In this document: piece by piece, positions 47,217-57,577 of the stretch
Layout of the letters: the number at the start of each line of letters is the position of its first letter
How positions within the stretch are numbered: the stretch's first letter is position 1
Assembly (NCBI GenBank): GCA_044342325.1
Contig: JBIIPZ010000002.1
Location: 1 to 64,000, forward strand
Direction: 5' to 3'
Origin: Terrimicrobiaceae bacterium
GTDB taxonomy: Bacteria > Verrucomicrobiota > Verrucomicrobiia > Chthoniobacterales > Terrimicrobiaceae
DNA length: 64,000 nt
Translations under genes and position numbers: made by a program
Notes under the pieces: model-generated
The model's input: the letters and a program-made list of their open reading frames with translations, nothing else
Database searches by the model: none
Told to the model about the DNA's origin: nothing

Positions 47217-49685
47217 ATGACAAAATTTCCACTCTGGTTCCCAATTTTTCTTCTCGCCGGCGTAACTCTGCCCATCGTTGAGGCTCAATACCCAGGCGTT
47301 CAAGGTGCCGTTGAGTCACATATTCAAGTGCTTGAGCAAAAACGCGCTTATTGTGCCGAATTAGTCGAAAAGGGAAATGACGCCGTGGCTGATAACGATT
47401 ACGAGTCCGCCTACGCGCTTTTCAAAAGCGCCGTCGATACTCTCCCGCAGGGTGGTGAAGCCTCCTCCGACCTCCGCAAGCAGGCCCTCGGCGGATTCTG
47501 CAACGCCGCTGTTCTCCTTGCACGCCAGCGTGTCTCCGAGGGGCGCTATGCGGATGCCCGGACGACCGTGGAAGTTGTCTTGGAAAATCGCTACGATCCG
47601 GATTACGCCCCCGCCAAAACCCTCCGCTCGCAGCTCATGGATCCTCAGGGTTTCGCCGATCGCGGCACGATCACCCCGCGGCATGTTCGCAACATCGAAG
47701 AAGTCAAGCGCCTCATCCAAGAGGGCGACGGCTACTATGCAACCGGGCGCTACGATATTGCTTTCAAACGCTGCGAGCAGGCCCTCAACATTGACAAATA
47801 CAACATCGCCGCGCGCCGATTGATGGAAAAAATCAATGTGGCGCGTCAGCAGTATGCCGATGCTGCCTACAGTGAGACGCGCGGCGCCATGCTCGCCGAT
47901 GTTGATAAAGCCTGGGGTCTTCCTTTGCGAAAATTCACCGATGGTCCCACCTCCATCGTCGAGCAGCCTCAAATGGACAGCCGCGGTAGCCAAGCCATCA
48001 ACAACAAGCTCGATACGATTATTATTCCTCGCATCGACTTTACGGATTCCTCCATTAAAGAAGCCCTCGATTTTATCAAAAAACGCGCTTCCGACTTGGA
48101 TGAGGGCGACTCCGAGAATAAAGGCATCAATATCGTGCTGAAGTTGCCACCCGATTCGCCCGATGCAGCCTATCCGATCACGCTCTCGCTCTCGGATGTC
48201 CCACTTCGTGAAGCTCTTCGCTATGTGACCGAGGCGGCAAATCTCAAGATCAAAATAGAAACACACGCCGTTGTCGTGGTTCCAGCCACGGAGAACACGG
48301 ATGTCTTGATCACTAAGGAATACAAAGTCCCGCCGGGCTTCATCACGGCAACGCCTGGCAGTGCCCCACCGCAAGTCAGCGGTCTGGCTGCAGGTTCCCA
48401 ATCCGTCATAGCAGCTCGGTCTATAGCCAAGGATTTTCTCGAAACTCAAGGTGTCGAATTTCCGGAGGGTGCCAGTGCGAACTATATCTCGCTCACCAGT
48501 CGGCTCATTGTTAAGAATACCCAAGCCAACTTGGAGCTGATTGATGCTCTGGTCGATACTTCGGTTGCAACAAGGCCAACACAGGTCGAAATTGAGGCGA
48601 AGTTCCTTGAGGTCTCTCAAAACAATCTCAACGAACTCGGCTTCGACTGGCTACTCGGCCAGTTCGCCCTCGCCGGTGGATCCGGCGTATATGGTAGCGG
48701 CGGAACGATTGGTCTCGCCCGCTCTATCGACAACAACGGATATCCGCTCGTCAATCCGGGCACGAGTCTCCCTGTTGGAGCGAATTCGGGCACATCGGGT
48801 CCCGTCACAGCCGGTAATCGCGGTGGAACAACAGGAATCAGGCTGAATGCTGTTGATGCTGTTCTTCTTGGTGCACCTGTTGGCCCGGCAGCAGGCGTTC
48901 TGAGCGTTGCGGGTGTTTTCACAAACCCACAATTCCAAGTCGTGCTCCGCGCTTTGAGTCAAAAGAAGGGAATCGATCTCGTTAGCGCTCCAAAAGTTAC
49001 CACCAAAAGCGGCAGCACTGCAAAAATTGAAATTGTCCGGGAATTTCGCTACCCAACCCAGTTTGACCCGCCTCAGCTTTCTGCTGCCACAGGCTCAACT
49101 TACACTCCTGTTGTTCCAAATTCTCCAAGTGGTTGGGAAACAAAGAACACTGGTATTACTTTGGAGGTAGAGCCTACTGTTGGACCGGATTCGTATACAA
49201 TTGAACTTCGCTTGGCGCCGCGTGTCATTGAATTCGATGGCTTTATCAACTACGGAAGTCCTATTAACTCGTCGGTGCAATTCACAGCACCGCTTCTTTC
49301 TCTGCCCTCAACGGTGTTTGAAGCAACTCCGAATACAATCAACCAACCTGTCTTCTCTTCTCGAGAAGTGGAAACCCAAGTCTCTGTTTATGATGGACAA
49401 ACCGTCGTTATGGGCGGCCTCATGCGCGAGGACGTGCAGAAAGTTCAAGATAAGGTTCCAATTTTAGGCGATATCCCTCTTGCAGGAAGGCTCTTCCGGA
49501 CAAATGTTGATCAACATATCAAGCGCAACTTGGTTATGTTTGTGACGGCCGGTCTTCTAGATCCTGCCGGGCAGCCGATTATCGAGGCGGATGAGGATGA
49601 TCAGCTTGTTCCAGAGGTGGATGTCAATGCCATGTTAAGTGATGCCATTCCAACGGATGTCCTTTCAGCGCCGCTTCCCCAATAA
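47217..49685 (+). CDS. Amuc_1098-family secretin, copy 1 (TPR-like N-terminus)
   Basis: QVEIEAKFLEV..ELGFDW, APKVTTKSG, GITLEVEPTVG, DGQTVVMGGL, DKVPILGDIPLAGRLFR. Confidence 0.9.
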   Translation: MTKFPLWFPIFLLAGVTLPIVEAQYPGVQGAVESHIQVLEQKRAYCAELVEKGNDAVADNDYESAYALFKSAVDTLPQGGEASSDLRKQALGGFCNAAVLLARQRVSEGRYADARTTVEVVLENRYDPDYAPAKTLRSQLMDPQGFADRGTITPRHVRNIEEVKRLIQEGDGYYATGRYDIAFKRCEQALNIDKYNIAARRLMEKINVARQQYADAAYSETRGAMLADVDKAWGLPLRKFTDGPTSIVEQPQMDSRGSQAINNKLDTIIIPRIDFTDSSIKEALDFIKKRASDLDEGDSENKGINIVLKLPPDSPDAAYPITLSLSDVPLREALRYVTEAANLKIKIETHAVVVVPATENTDVLITKEYKVPPGFITATPGSAPPQVSGLAAGSQSVIAARSIAKDFLETQGVEFPEGASANYISLTSRLIVKNTQANLELIDALVDTSVATRPTQVEIEAKFLEVSQNNLNELGFDWLLGQFALAGGSGVYGSGGTIGLARSIDNNGYPLVNPGTSLPVGANSGTSGPVTAGNRGGTTGIRLNAVDAVLLGAPVGPAAGVLSVAGVFTNPQFQVVLRALSQKKGIDLVSAPKVTTKSGSTAKIEIVREFRYPTQFDPPQLSAATGSTYTPVVPNSPSGWETKNTGITLEVEPTVGPDSYTIELRLAPRVIEFDGFINYGSPINSSVQFTAPLLSLPSTVFEATPNTINQPVFSSREVETQVSVYDGQTVVMGGLMREDVQKVQDKVPILGDIPLAGRLFRTNVDQHIKRNLVMFVTAGLLDPAGQPIIEADEDDQLVPEVDVNAMLSDAIPTDVLSAPLPQ

Positions 49686-49695
49686 AGCCTAACCA

Positions 49696-52314
49696 ATGAC
49701 TTTTTCATCTCAATCAAGCCATTTGTATTCTGGAGTTCGTCATGCACTCGTGGTTTTCACTTCAGTGCTCGCATTTGCATCTGCTTTGGCATCAGTGCAC
49801 GCTGAAAGCGATCTCGTCGCTATCTCCGAACGCGAAATTCTGAAGCGACAAGAAGACTCCAAACTGGCTGAACAACTCGTCACCACTGCACGCCGTGACC
49901 TCGCTGACAAAAACCTCGAGGGAGCCTATTCAAACTACCTTCAAGCTCTCCAGATCACCCGATCTGGGCCCGCCACAGAAAAACAGCGCGCCGCCCTCAT
50001 TTTAGAGTTCAGCAAAACGGGAATCGATTACGCCAATTGGCTCATCAGCAATGGGCGGTATCAGGATGCGGAAAATACCGCCAAGACCATCCTATCACCA
50101 GAGTTGAATCCGACATACAGACCTGCCATGCAGATGCTTGCCAACTTGGAGCAACCGGGCTATTACAATCGCACTGTCACCCCCGGTTTTGCCTCCAAGC
50201 GGGACGAAGTAAACGCCATCCTGAATCAGGCCGAGGGATATTACGCCACTGGCCGTAATGACCTAGCATTGAAACGCTACGAACAGGTTCTAAATCTGGA
50301 TCCCTACAACATCGCCGCGCGGAACGGCATGGAGAAAGTCAATAAACAGCGCAAGACCTACTACGACAGCGCCTACGACGAGACCCGCAGCCGCATGCTC
50401 TGGCTTGCCGATCGTGCGTGGGAACGACCAGTTCGAAAACTCACACCAGCAGGACGGGATACGGATGGTTCTTCCTTTGGCACAAATACAGCCGCCAACT
50501 CGAAGGATACCATTAATAACAAACTTAACAAAATCATCATTGACCGGATGGACCTTGAAGACGCTTCGATCCGGGAAGTGGTGGATTTTCTCAAACAAAA
50601 AAGTCGCCAACTCGATAATAGCACTGATGATCCAAAGAAAAAAGGCGTCAATATCGTTCTCAAGTTAGCTTCTCCTGCTGCAGCTCCCGCCCCGCTCGAT
50701 GGACAGGCTGCCGAGATTCCGGCGTCGGAAGCTGGTGTCACCGAGGATACAAAAATTTCCATCGCTCTAAAAAATGTTCCGCTGATCGAGGCCGTGCGTT
50801 ATTTGACAGAACTTTCCGGCTTGAAATACAAAATCGAGCCATTTGCTGTTTCTATCATCCCTCTCACGGAGAACACTGAGGAACTGGTGACTAAAGAATA
50901 CCGCGTGCCCCCTGGGTTCATCCCAGCTTCGGCCGGAGACAGCACGGCTTCGGGGCCAACGCCGGGAAGTCAGCCGTCGGGTGATTCCAATACTCGAATC
51001 ACGGGGCGACGCAATGCCACTCAATATTTTACGGAACAGGGCGTGCCATTTCCAACGGGCGCATTTGCTCAATACATTGCCTCGGGCAGCAAACTCATTG
51101 TCAGAAATACTCAAGCTGCTGTGGACCTAATCGATACCATTGTGGAAGGTGCGACCGGAGTGGCGCCGACACAAGTTGAGATCGAATCGAAATTTGTGGA
51201 AATCTCGCAAGATAACCTAAACGAATTGGGGTTCGATTGGCTTCTCGGACCTTTTGCCATTGGCGGTGGAGTGTATGGAGATGGAGGAACGCGCAGTGGC
51301 GCGCAAGCGCTTTCTTCTCAATACTATGAAAATTATCCGTTCGGAAACGTTGGGACAAACCCTGTGACGGCTGGTAATCGAAACGGCATCGGAACCAGCT
51401 TCAACTCAGCAATAACGGCCAACAGCCTAAACGCCTTGCTGGGAGGAGTCCCACAAGGAACCAATGTGGCTTCTCCGGGCGTTTTTGGAATATCCGGTGT
51501 CTTCACCAATCCTCAGTTTCAGATGGTAATTCGAGCTCTCAGTCAGCAAAGGGGTGTCGATCTCATGTCTGCTCCAAAGGTGACAACCAAAAGCGGTATC
51601 AAGGCAACTATTAAAGTGATACGAGAGTTCCCTTATCCCACGGAGTTTAATCCGCCTCAAGTGCCGCCAGCCTCCACGGGTCAGCAAGGAGGTCAAGGCG
51701 GACAGTCTGTCGGTGGGATCGTCGTTACCACTGGCGCTGTGACTCCATCAACTCCCTCCGCGTTTGAAAAAAGGGATCTTGGCGTGAGCTTGGAGGTAGA
51801 ACCTCAAGTCGGGGCGGATAATTACACGATTGATCTCTCGCTTTCTCCTGAAGTTGTTGAATTTGAGGGATTCGTGAATTATGGGTCGCCAATTGTTGGT
51901 CCTCGCTACGATCCTTCACTTATTGCTGGTGGAAATCCTTCTGGAATTGGAACATTCGTAATCACTCCAAACGTAATCAATCAGCCGATCTTTTCCGTTC
52001 GCAAGGTGACCACCAGCGTGAGCATTTGGGACGGCCAGACGGTCGCCCTCGGTGGCCTCATTCGCGAGGATGTGCAGAAGGTGAACGACAAAGTGCCGAT
52101 CCTCGGCGACATTCCGCTGGCAGGGCGTCTCTTTCGCTCTAATGTGGATCAGAAGATCAAGAGAAACCTCATCGTGTTCGTCACGGCGCGCCTCATGAAC
52201 GCGGAGGGTCAGCCTCTACTTCAGCAGGATGATGAAGAGGAAACCGTGGAGCCGATTGGCCTCCCGGAAGATCTCCCTCCTCCTACCATCACCACACGCT
52301 CTGTTGGAAAATAG
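49696..52314 (+). CDS. Amuc_1098-family secretin, copy 2
   Basis: Same motif series: QVEIESKFVEI, APKVTTKSG, DGQTVALGGL, DKVPILGDIPLAGRLFR. Confidence 0.9.
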   Translation: MTFSSQSSHLYSGVRHALVVFTSVLAFASALASVHAESDLVAISEREILKRQEDSKLAEQLVTTARRDLADKNLEGAYSNYLQALQITRSGPATEKQRAALILEFSKTGIDYANWLISNGRYQDAENTAKTILSPELNPTYRPAMQMLANLEQPGYYNRTVTPGFASKRDEVNAILNQAEGYYATGRNDLALKRYEQVLNLDPYNIAARNGMEKVNKQRKTYYDSAYDETRSRMLWLADRAWERPVRKLTPAGRDTDGSSFGTNTAANSKDTINNKLNKIIIDRMDLEDASIREVVDFLKQKSRQLDNSTDDPKKKGVNIVLKLASPAAAPAPLDGQAAEIPASEAGVTEDTKISIALKNVPLIEAVRYLTELSGLKYKIEPFAVSIIPLTENTEELVTKEYRVPPGFIPASAGDSTASGPTPGSQPSGDSNTRITGRRNATQYFTEQGVPFPTGAFAQYIASGSKLIVRNTQAAVDLIDTIVEGATGVAPTQVEIESKFVEISQDNLNELGFDWLLGPFAIGGGVYGDGGTRSGAQALSSQYYENYPFGNVGTNPVTAGNRNGIGTSFNSAITANSLNALLGGVPQGTNVASPGVFGISGVFTNPQFQMVIRALSQQRGVDLMSAPKVTTKSGIKATIKVIREFPYPTEFNPPQVPPASTGQQGGQGGQSVGGIVVTTGAVTPSTPSAFEKRDLGVSLEVEPQVGADNYTIDLSLSPEVVEFEGFVNYGSPIVGPRYDPSLIAGGNPSGIGTFVITPNVINQPIFSVRKVTTSVSIWDGQTVALGGLIREDVQKVNDKVPILGDIPLAGRLFRSNVDQKIKRNLIVFVTARLMNAEGQPLLQQDDEEETVEPIGLPEDLPPPTITTRSVGK

Positions 52315-52381
52315 CCCTCGGACAAGCACCGTTCGACGGAGGAGGGCTTGATTAGGGTTCATGGGATTCTAAGATGTTGCG

Positions 52382-54379
52382 ATGATTTCGATCCGCGAGG
52401 ATTTTGAGGTTGGCACGGCCTCGCCGTTCCAAAGCGAGGTAGAAGGGATTTTCTCGGAGACCGGTATTTTATCGGGCGCGGCATCTTTTGAATACCGCGC
52501 GGAGCAGCAGCGCATGGCTGGGGCTGTGGCTCGAACAATCGAGACGGGCGGGCATCTTGTGGTCGAAGCAGGCACAGGCGTTGGGAAATCCCTCGCCTAC
52601 CTTGTGCCTGCGGCGCTCCACGCGGTGAGGACGAAGCGCAAGGCGGTGATCTGCACACACACGATCGCGCTCCAAGAGCAGCTCATGTTCAAGGACATTC
52701 CGCTCGTGCAAAAAATCGTCCCCGACGAGTTCGAGGCTGTGTTGCTGAAGGGACGGCAAAATTACATCTGCACCACGCGCCTGGTCCGCGCACTTACTCA
52801 GTCGAAGGAATTGTTTACCACTCCCCAGCATGCCGAACTGGAGCGCATCCGCGAGTGGAGCATACAGACGAAGGATGGCTCCTTGAGCGATTTTCTGGAG
52901 CAACCTGATCCCGCTGTGTGGGAAGAGGTGCGCAGCGAGCAGCACCTTTGCACCCCGAAGACATGCGGCCCGGGAAGCGGATGCTTTTATCAAAACCTGC
53001 GCCGCCGTGTCGCGAATGCGAAAATGGTCGTCCTCAACCACGCTCTGTTTTTCACGCTGCTGAACGGTGTGGAGGACGCCGAGAACCGCACGGGAGGGCT
53101 TCTTTTTGCGAATGACTTTGTGATCTTCGACGAGGCCCACACGATGGAGGAGGTCGCCGCGCGCCATATCGGCATGGAGGTGTCCCAACTCGGCCTGCGC
53201 CGCGTCATTCAGCGCCTCTACAATCCCCGAAGCAAAAAAGGGCTCTTCCAGATGCTCAAAAACGGCCCTGCCTGCCGCGCGGTGAGCGATATTCTGCCCG
53301 TTGCAGACAGCTTTTTTCAGCAGGTCACCAAACAATGCACCTTTAAAAAAGGCAGGGAGTTCCGTGTTCGCGAAGCAGGTCTCGCCGAGGGCGGCGAGGT
53401 GTGTGGCGCATTGGCGCGTCTCGGCGAGTTGATCGGTATCGAAGCGGGAAAATGTGACGATGAAACCCACACATCCGAACTCCAAGAGGCCGCCCGCAAG
53501 CTGCGGGAGGCGCGTGGGGCGATCACGGACTTCCTCGCACTCGAGGAACCTGACCATGTTTATTGGGTGGAGCAATACGGCCGCACGGAGGAGTTCTGCA
53601 CCCTCCGCACCGCGCCTGTGAATCTCGCCGACGCCCTCCGGCGTCTCATCTTTCGCGAGGGCGCGTGCACCGTGCTGACGAGCGCGACGCTTTCCACCGG
53701 CGCTCCGGATTTGTCGTATTTCCGAAACCGCGTGGGAGCAGAGGATGTGCCGGCGCTGCAGATCGGAAGCCCCTTCGACTACGAGAAGCAGATGAGCCTT
53801 CACCTTGTCGAGAAGATGCCCGAACCGAAGGCTCCGGATTACGAGGCCTCGCTGGCCAAGTGGATCGCCCACTTCACTGAGAAAAGTGAAGCCCGTGCCT
53901 TCGTTCTGTTCACCAGTTACCAGACGATGCGCTCGGTCGCGGAATTGGTGGAGCCCGTTTTCGAAAAGCGAGGCTGGCAACTCCTCGTGCAGGGTGGGGG
54001 AATGCCCACGCAACGGATGGTGGCGGAGTTTAAAGAAAATCCGCACAGCATCCTCTTCGGCGTCTCCAGTTTCTGGACCGGCGTCGATGTGCCGGGCGAA
54101 GCCCTCTCGAGCGTGATCATCACGCGGCTCCCTTTCACCACGCCCGACCATCCGCTCACCGAGGCGCGGCTGGAGGCGATCGAGGCGGAAGGCGGGCGCG
54201 CGTTTGAAAACTACTCGCTCCCCGAGGCAATCCTCAAACTCCGCCAAGGTGTCGGTCGCCTCATTCGCAGCAAGACGGATACCGGAACAATCGTGATTCT
54301 CGACAGCCGGATCGTGTCGAAGCCGTATGGACGCGCCTTTCTGAGGGCCATGCCGAAATGTCCGGTGGAAATTCACTGA
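52382..54379 (+). CDS. dinG: DinG/YoaA family ATP-dependent DNA helicase
   Basis: EYRAEQ, EAGTGVGKSLAYL, KGRQNYIC, Fe-S cysteines, DEAH, TSATL, LFTSY, FWTGVDVPG, QGVGRLIR. Confidence 0.92.
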   Translation: MISIREDFEVGTASPFQSEVEGIFSETGILSGAASFEYRAEQQRMAGAVARTIETGGHLVVEAGTGVGKSLAYLVPAALHAVRTKRKAVICTHTIALQEQLMFKDIPLVQKIVPDEFEAVLLKGRQNYICTTRLVRALTQSKELFTTPQHAELERIREWSIQTKDGSLSDFLEQPDPAVWEEVRSEQHLCTPKTCGPGSGCFYQNLRRRVANAKMVVLNHALFFTLLNGVEDAENRTGGLLFANDFVIFDEAHTMEEVAARHIGMEVSQLGLRRVIQRLYNPRSKKGLFQMLKNGPACRAVSDILPVADSFFQQVTKQCTFKKGREFRVREAGLAEGGEVCGALARLGELIGIEAGKCDDETHTSELQEAARKLREARGAITDFLALEEPDHVYWVEQYGRTEEFCTLRTAPVNLADALRRLIFREGACTVLTSATLSTGAPDLSYFRNRVGAEDVPALQIGSPFDYEKQMSLHLVEKMPEPKAPDYEASLAKWIAHFTEKSEARAFVLFTSYQTMRSVAELVEPVFEKRGWQLLVQGGGMPTQRMVAEFKENPHSILFGVSSFWTGVDVPGEALSSVIITRLPFTTPDHPLTEARLEAIEAEGGRAFENYSLPEAILKLRQGVGRLIRSKTDTGTIVILDSRIVSKPYGRAFLRAMPKCPVEIH

Positions 54380-54418
54380 AGCTGGATTTTTCAGATCGAA
54401 GCTGATTAGCCTGCACCC

Positions 54419-55117
54419 GTGGAATCCACACGCCTTCAGGAAATGCCGATGGACGAGCGTCCGCGCGAGAAAGCCGAGCGCCATGGTTTCGAGGCGCTCT
54501 CGGATGCCGAGCTGCTGGCGATTTTCATCCGCACCGGTATTCCCGGTAAAAACGCACTCGCCGTGGCACGCGACCTCCTGCGCGACTGCGGCGGCTTCGC
54601 GCAACTCTCCCGCTGCACGCCCAAGGAAATCCGCCGCCACGCCAAGGGCATTGGCCCTGCGAAATCTCTCGAAATGGCGGCAGCGTTCGAGATCGGCAAA
54701 CGCCTGGCCCGTGGCAAGAACCTCTCGCCAGTCCTCGACACAGCGGAGCGGATTTTTGATTTCTTCGGCCACGAGTTCATGGCCATGCGACAGGAATCGC
54801 TGCGGGTCCTCCTCTTGGACACAAAGCTCCGCCTCATCCGCATGGAGGAAATCAGCCTCGGCTCACTTAACGAATGCATCGCGCATCCGAGGGAAATTTT
54901 CCGCCAAGCGCTTGTGCACAGCGCGTTCGCCGTGGCCGTGGTCCACAACCACCCAAGCGGCGATCCCTCGCCGAGCGCGGCGGATTACCGGATAACGCGT
55001 AGTCTGAAAGAGGGAGCGCATTTCCTCCAAATCAATCTCATCGACCATGTCATCCTGGGCTCGCCGGATGGTGGTCGCGTGCCGTATTTCAGTTTCAAAG
55101 AAGCAGGCGTCATATGA
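54419..55117 (+). CDS. radC: RadC (JAB domain) protein
   Basis: ERPREK, LSDAELLAI, HPREIF, HNHPSGDPSPSAAD, IDHVI. Confidence 0.95.
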   Translation: MESTRLQEMPMDERPREKAERHGFEALSDAELLAIFIRTGIPGKNALAVARDLLRDCGGFAQLSRCTPKEIRRHAKGIGPAKSLEMAAAFEIGKRLARGKNLSPVLDTAERIFDFFGHEFMAMRQESLRVLLLDTKLRLIRMEEISLGSLNECIAHPREIFRQALVHSAFAVAVVHNHPSGDPSPSAADYRITRSLKEGAHFLQINLIDHVILGSPDGGRVPYFSFKEAGVI

Positions 55118-55929
55118 AAATCCATCCCACAGCCATCATCTCACCCGAAGCCCGTCTGGGCGAAAATGTCGAAGTCGGTCCCGGTGCCATCATCGGAGCC
55201 GGCGTGGTGATCGGCGAGGGTTGCGTGATCCAAGCCCATGCGGTCCTCGAAGGCGACACCACACTGGGCGAAGGGAACACCGTGGGCTACGGCGCCATCA
55301 TCGGCGCGCCACCGCAGGATTACGCCCACTCGCCTGAGATCAAAAGCTCGGTCGTCATCGGCAATCACAATCGCATCCGCGAATATGTGACGATCCACCG
55401 CGGAACGAAAGAAGGCACCGAAACCCGCGTGGGAGACAAATGTTTCCTCATGGTGGGCTGCCATCTCGGGCACAATGTGCAGGTCGGCAACGAAGTCGTG
55501 ATCGTGAACAACTGTCTGCTCGGAGGCTATGCGCAGGTTGGCGATGGAGCCGTTCTGGGCGGAGGAGCCGTTTTCCATCAATTTGTCCGGGTCGGAAAGC
55601 GTGCCATGATCGCCGGAGGCTCGCAGTTCAACAAAGACATTCCGCCGTATTCGATGGCTCAACTCTTCAATCTTCTGTCCGGCATCAATATCATCGGCCT
55701 GCGCCGGGCAGGCTTCAAAGCCGAGACCCGCACGGAAATCCGCCGCGCGTTCAAACTCGTTTTCCGCTCAGAAATGCCAGTCAAGGCGGCGTTGGAAAAA
55801 GCCCGCGAGTCGCAATGGGGCCCCGAGGCTCAGGAATTCTTCGATTTCATCGCCTCTTCCAAACGCGGTTGCGCGACGAGCAATCTTGCCAAGGGACAGG
55901 TGATCCCGCTCGAGGATATCGTCGAGTAG
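55114..55929 (+). CDS. lpxA: UDP-N-acetylglucosamine acyltransferase
   Basis: IHPTAII, hexapeptide repeats, PQD, IREYVTIHRGT, HQFVRVG, DIPPY, N.IGLRRAGF. Confidence 0.93.
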   Translation: MKIHPTAIISPEARLGENVEVGPGAIIGAGVVIGEGCVIQAHAVLEGDTTLGEGNTVGYGAIIGAPPQDYAHSPEIKSSVVIGNHNRIREYVTIHRGTKEGTETRVGDKCFLMVGCHLGHNVQVGNEVVIVNNCLLGGYAQVGDGAVLGGGAVFHQFVRVGKRAMIAGGSQFNKDIPPYSMAQLFNLLSGINIIGLRRAGFKAETRTEIRRAFKLVFRSEMPVKAALEKARESQWGPEAQEFFDFIASSKRGCATSNLAKGQVIPLEDIVE

Positions 55930-55935
55930 GCGGCC

Positions 55936-57276
55936 TCAATTCGGAATTGTGCCCACAGCCAGCGCCAGAGCGGCGAGGCTGGTCGAGTATTCCGCCACAG
56001 CACCTGCCCGCACCGAACGCGCTGCAGCTAGTTGGCCTGCCGCCTCGGTGAGTTCAGAAATCTGGCTCAAACCAGCTTTGTAGGCTGCCTCTGTGGCGTT
56101 GAGGTTTTCTTGGGCGGATACCACAAAACCCTCGGCAAAATCCATCCGGCGAGCCGCGCTGAGCGTGTCATGGTAACTCGTCCAGACATCCCGCGTCGCG
56201 GCGAGACGCGATCCTTCAAGCTCTTCCTTTGCGGCGCTCTCCTCGTCACGCCGCTTGCGAACCCTCTCCACGCGCTGAAATCCATCAAAAAGATCCCACT
56301 TCGCCGTGATGAAACCTCCATAGCCATTGATGCCCGCCGCATTCGTTCCCTTATCCTTGCCGGTCTCAGCCGCATACTGGAAGGCCGAGTAGGCGTAGTT
56401 TCCCTCTAGTTTCACCTCAGGAAAAAAATCGGCCTCCGCACGATGTATGGCTGCCTCGCTCGCTCGCACATCCGCCGCACGGGCGGCGAGATCGGGGCGT
56501 GATGTCAGAGCGGCCTCGATGAGTTTTCCCGCGCTCTCGCGCAAGTCGCCAGAACTCGCCGGCAGGTCGTTTGAGGCGAGTGTGAGTGGCGAGTTGGCCG
56601 GGATGCCGACTGCGATGCACAATTCGCCCAGCGTGTTCCGCACCAAGGCGCGGGCGGCCTCGAGTTCATACTGCGCATCGAGAACATCTTTCCGCGCCCG
56701 CAGGAGTTCGGGCCTCGCCGAGAGCCCGTTCCGCACCTCCATCTCGATCGTTTGCTCGGCTGCCTTGGCAAACTCAAGGAGTGAGGCAGCCGCGCGCTCC
56801 TTCCAAAGAGCCGCCTCGTGCGCGAAGTAGCAGCGCTGGATTTCAAAGACAACCTCTTGAAGTTTTCTTTCATAAACAAAACCCGCCGCGTCGAAGAGCG
56901 CCACCGCACGCGACACATCCGCCGCGCGCCTGCCGAAGTCGAGAAGAAGGTATTCGATCGAAAGAACCGTCGTGGCCTGCTGGCGGGTGAACACATTCGG
57001 CGCGGGGATGGCCGGCGTATACCACTTGTCCACTCCGCCCTCAAAGGCGGCTCCGACTTTCGGAAAATACGGCGCCCGCGCCTCGCGGGAACCGGCATAA
57101 GCTGCCTCCGCACGGAACCAGGCCGCACGGGTTTTGGGATTGTTCGCCATACCGAGTTCAAGTAAGCGCCCAAGATCGTAGGTCTTCGATTCCTTAAAAA
57201 CCGGTGTCTCGCGGATTGTAGAATTCCCGGCAAATGCCAGCGCTGAAAAAAGGCACCCGATCGCCAGCGCAATCAT
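55936..57276 (-). CDS. TolC family outer membrane efflux protein
   Basis: ANNPKTRAAW, YLLLDFG, ALTSRPDLAA, WDLFDGF, YKAGL; start uncertain. Confidence 0.85.
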   Translation of the reverse strand: MIALAIGCLFSALAFAGNSTIRETPVFKESKTYDLGRLLELGMANNPKTRAAWFRAEAAYAGSREARAPYFPKVGAAFEGGVDKWYTPAIPAPNVFTRQQATTVLSIEYLLLDFGRRAADVSRAVALFDAAGFVYERKLQEVVFEIQRCYFAHEAALWKERAAASLLEFAKAAEQTIEMEVRNGLSARPELLRARKDVLDAQYELEAARALVRNTLGELCIAVGIPANSPLTLASNDLPASSGDLRESAGKLIEAALTSRPDLAARAADVRASEAAIHRAEADFFPEVKLEGNYAYSAFQYAAETGKDKGTNAAGINGYGGFITAKWDLFDGFQRVERVRKRRDEESAAKEELEGSRLAATRDVWTSYHDTLSAARRMDFAEGFVVSAQENLNATEAAYKAGLSQISELTEAAGQLAAARSVRAGAVAEYSTSLAALALAVGTIPN

Positions 57277-57316
57277 TGGCGTTGTATAAATGCGCCGCCA
57301 TCGGCTATCGAAGAGC

Positions 57317-57577
57317 ATGAACATTGGCGCGGCCAAATTGCCCGCAGTGCTGGCATTGATCAAGTCCTCAGGCGACCCGCTCGTGGATGTGGCCGGCGCT
57401 TACTTTCCCGCTTGGTTGGCTTGCATGATTGCCGGTGCTCTGGGGACATGGTTGCTCGGCGAGTTTCTATCCCGGTTCGGCCTTGCCGCCGCTCTGCGTC
57501 CATCTGCCATCATGTATCCCTGTCTTTTCGCGGCCCTCACCGGTGGTGTGTGGCTTATCTTTTTCTCGGCGCGATGA
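57317..57577 (+). CDS. YtcA-family small membrane protein
   Basis: DPLVDVAGAYFPAWLACMIAG motif; upstream of an MdtN-like gene. Confidence 0.7.
   Translation: MNIGAAKLPAVLALIKSSGDPLVDVAGAYFPAWLACMIAGALGTWLLGEFLSRFGLAAALRPSAIMYPCLFAALTGGVWLIFFSAR

Noticed and set aside
52469..54772. 767-aa minus-strand ORF
   Set aside because: Antisense shadow of dinG/radC in GC-rich coding sequence, with no recognisable motifs.
54419..55117. radC as a marker of a mobile element
   Set aside because: It is the full-length housekeeping form coupled to lpxA, with no integrase or other mobile genes nearby.
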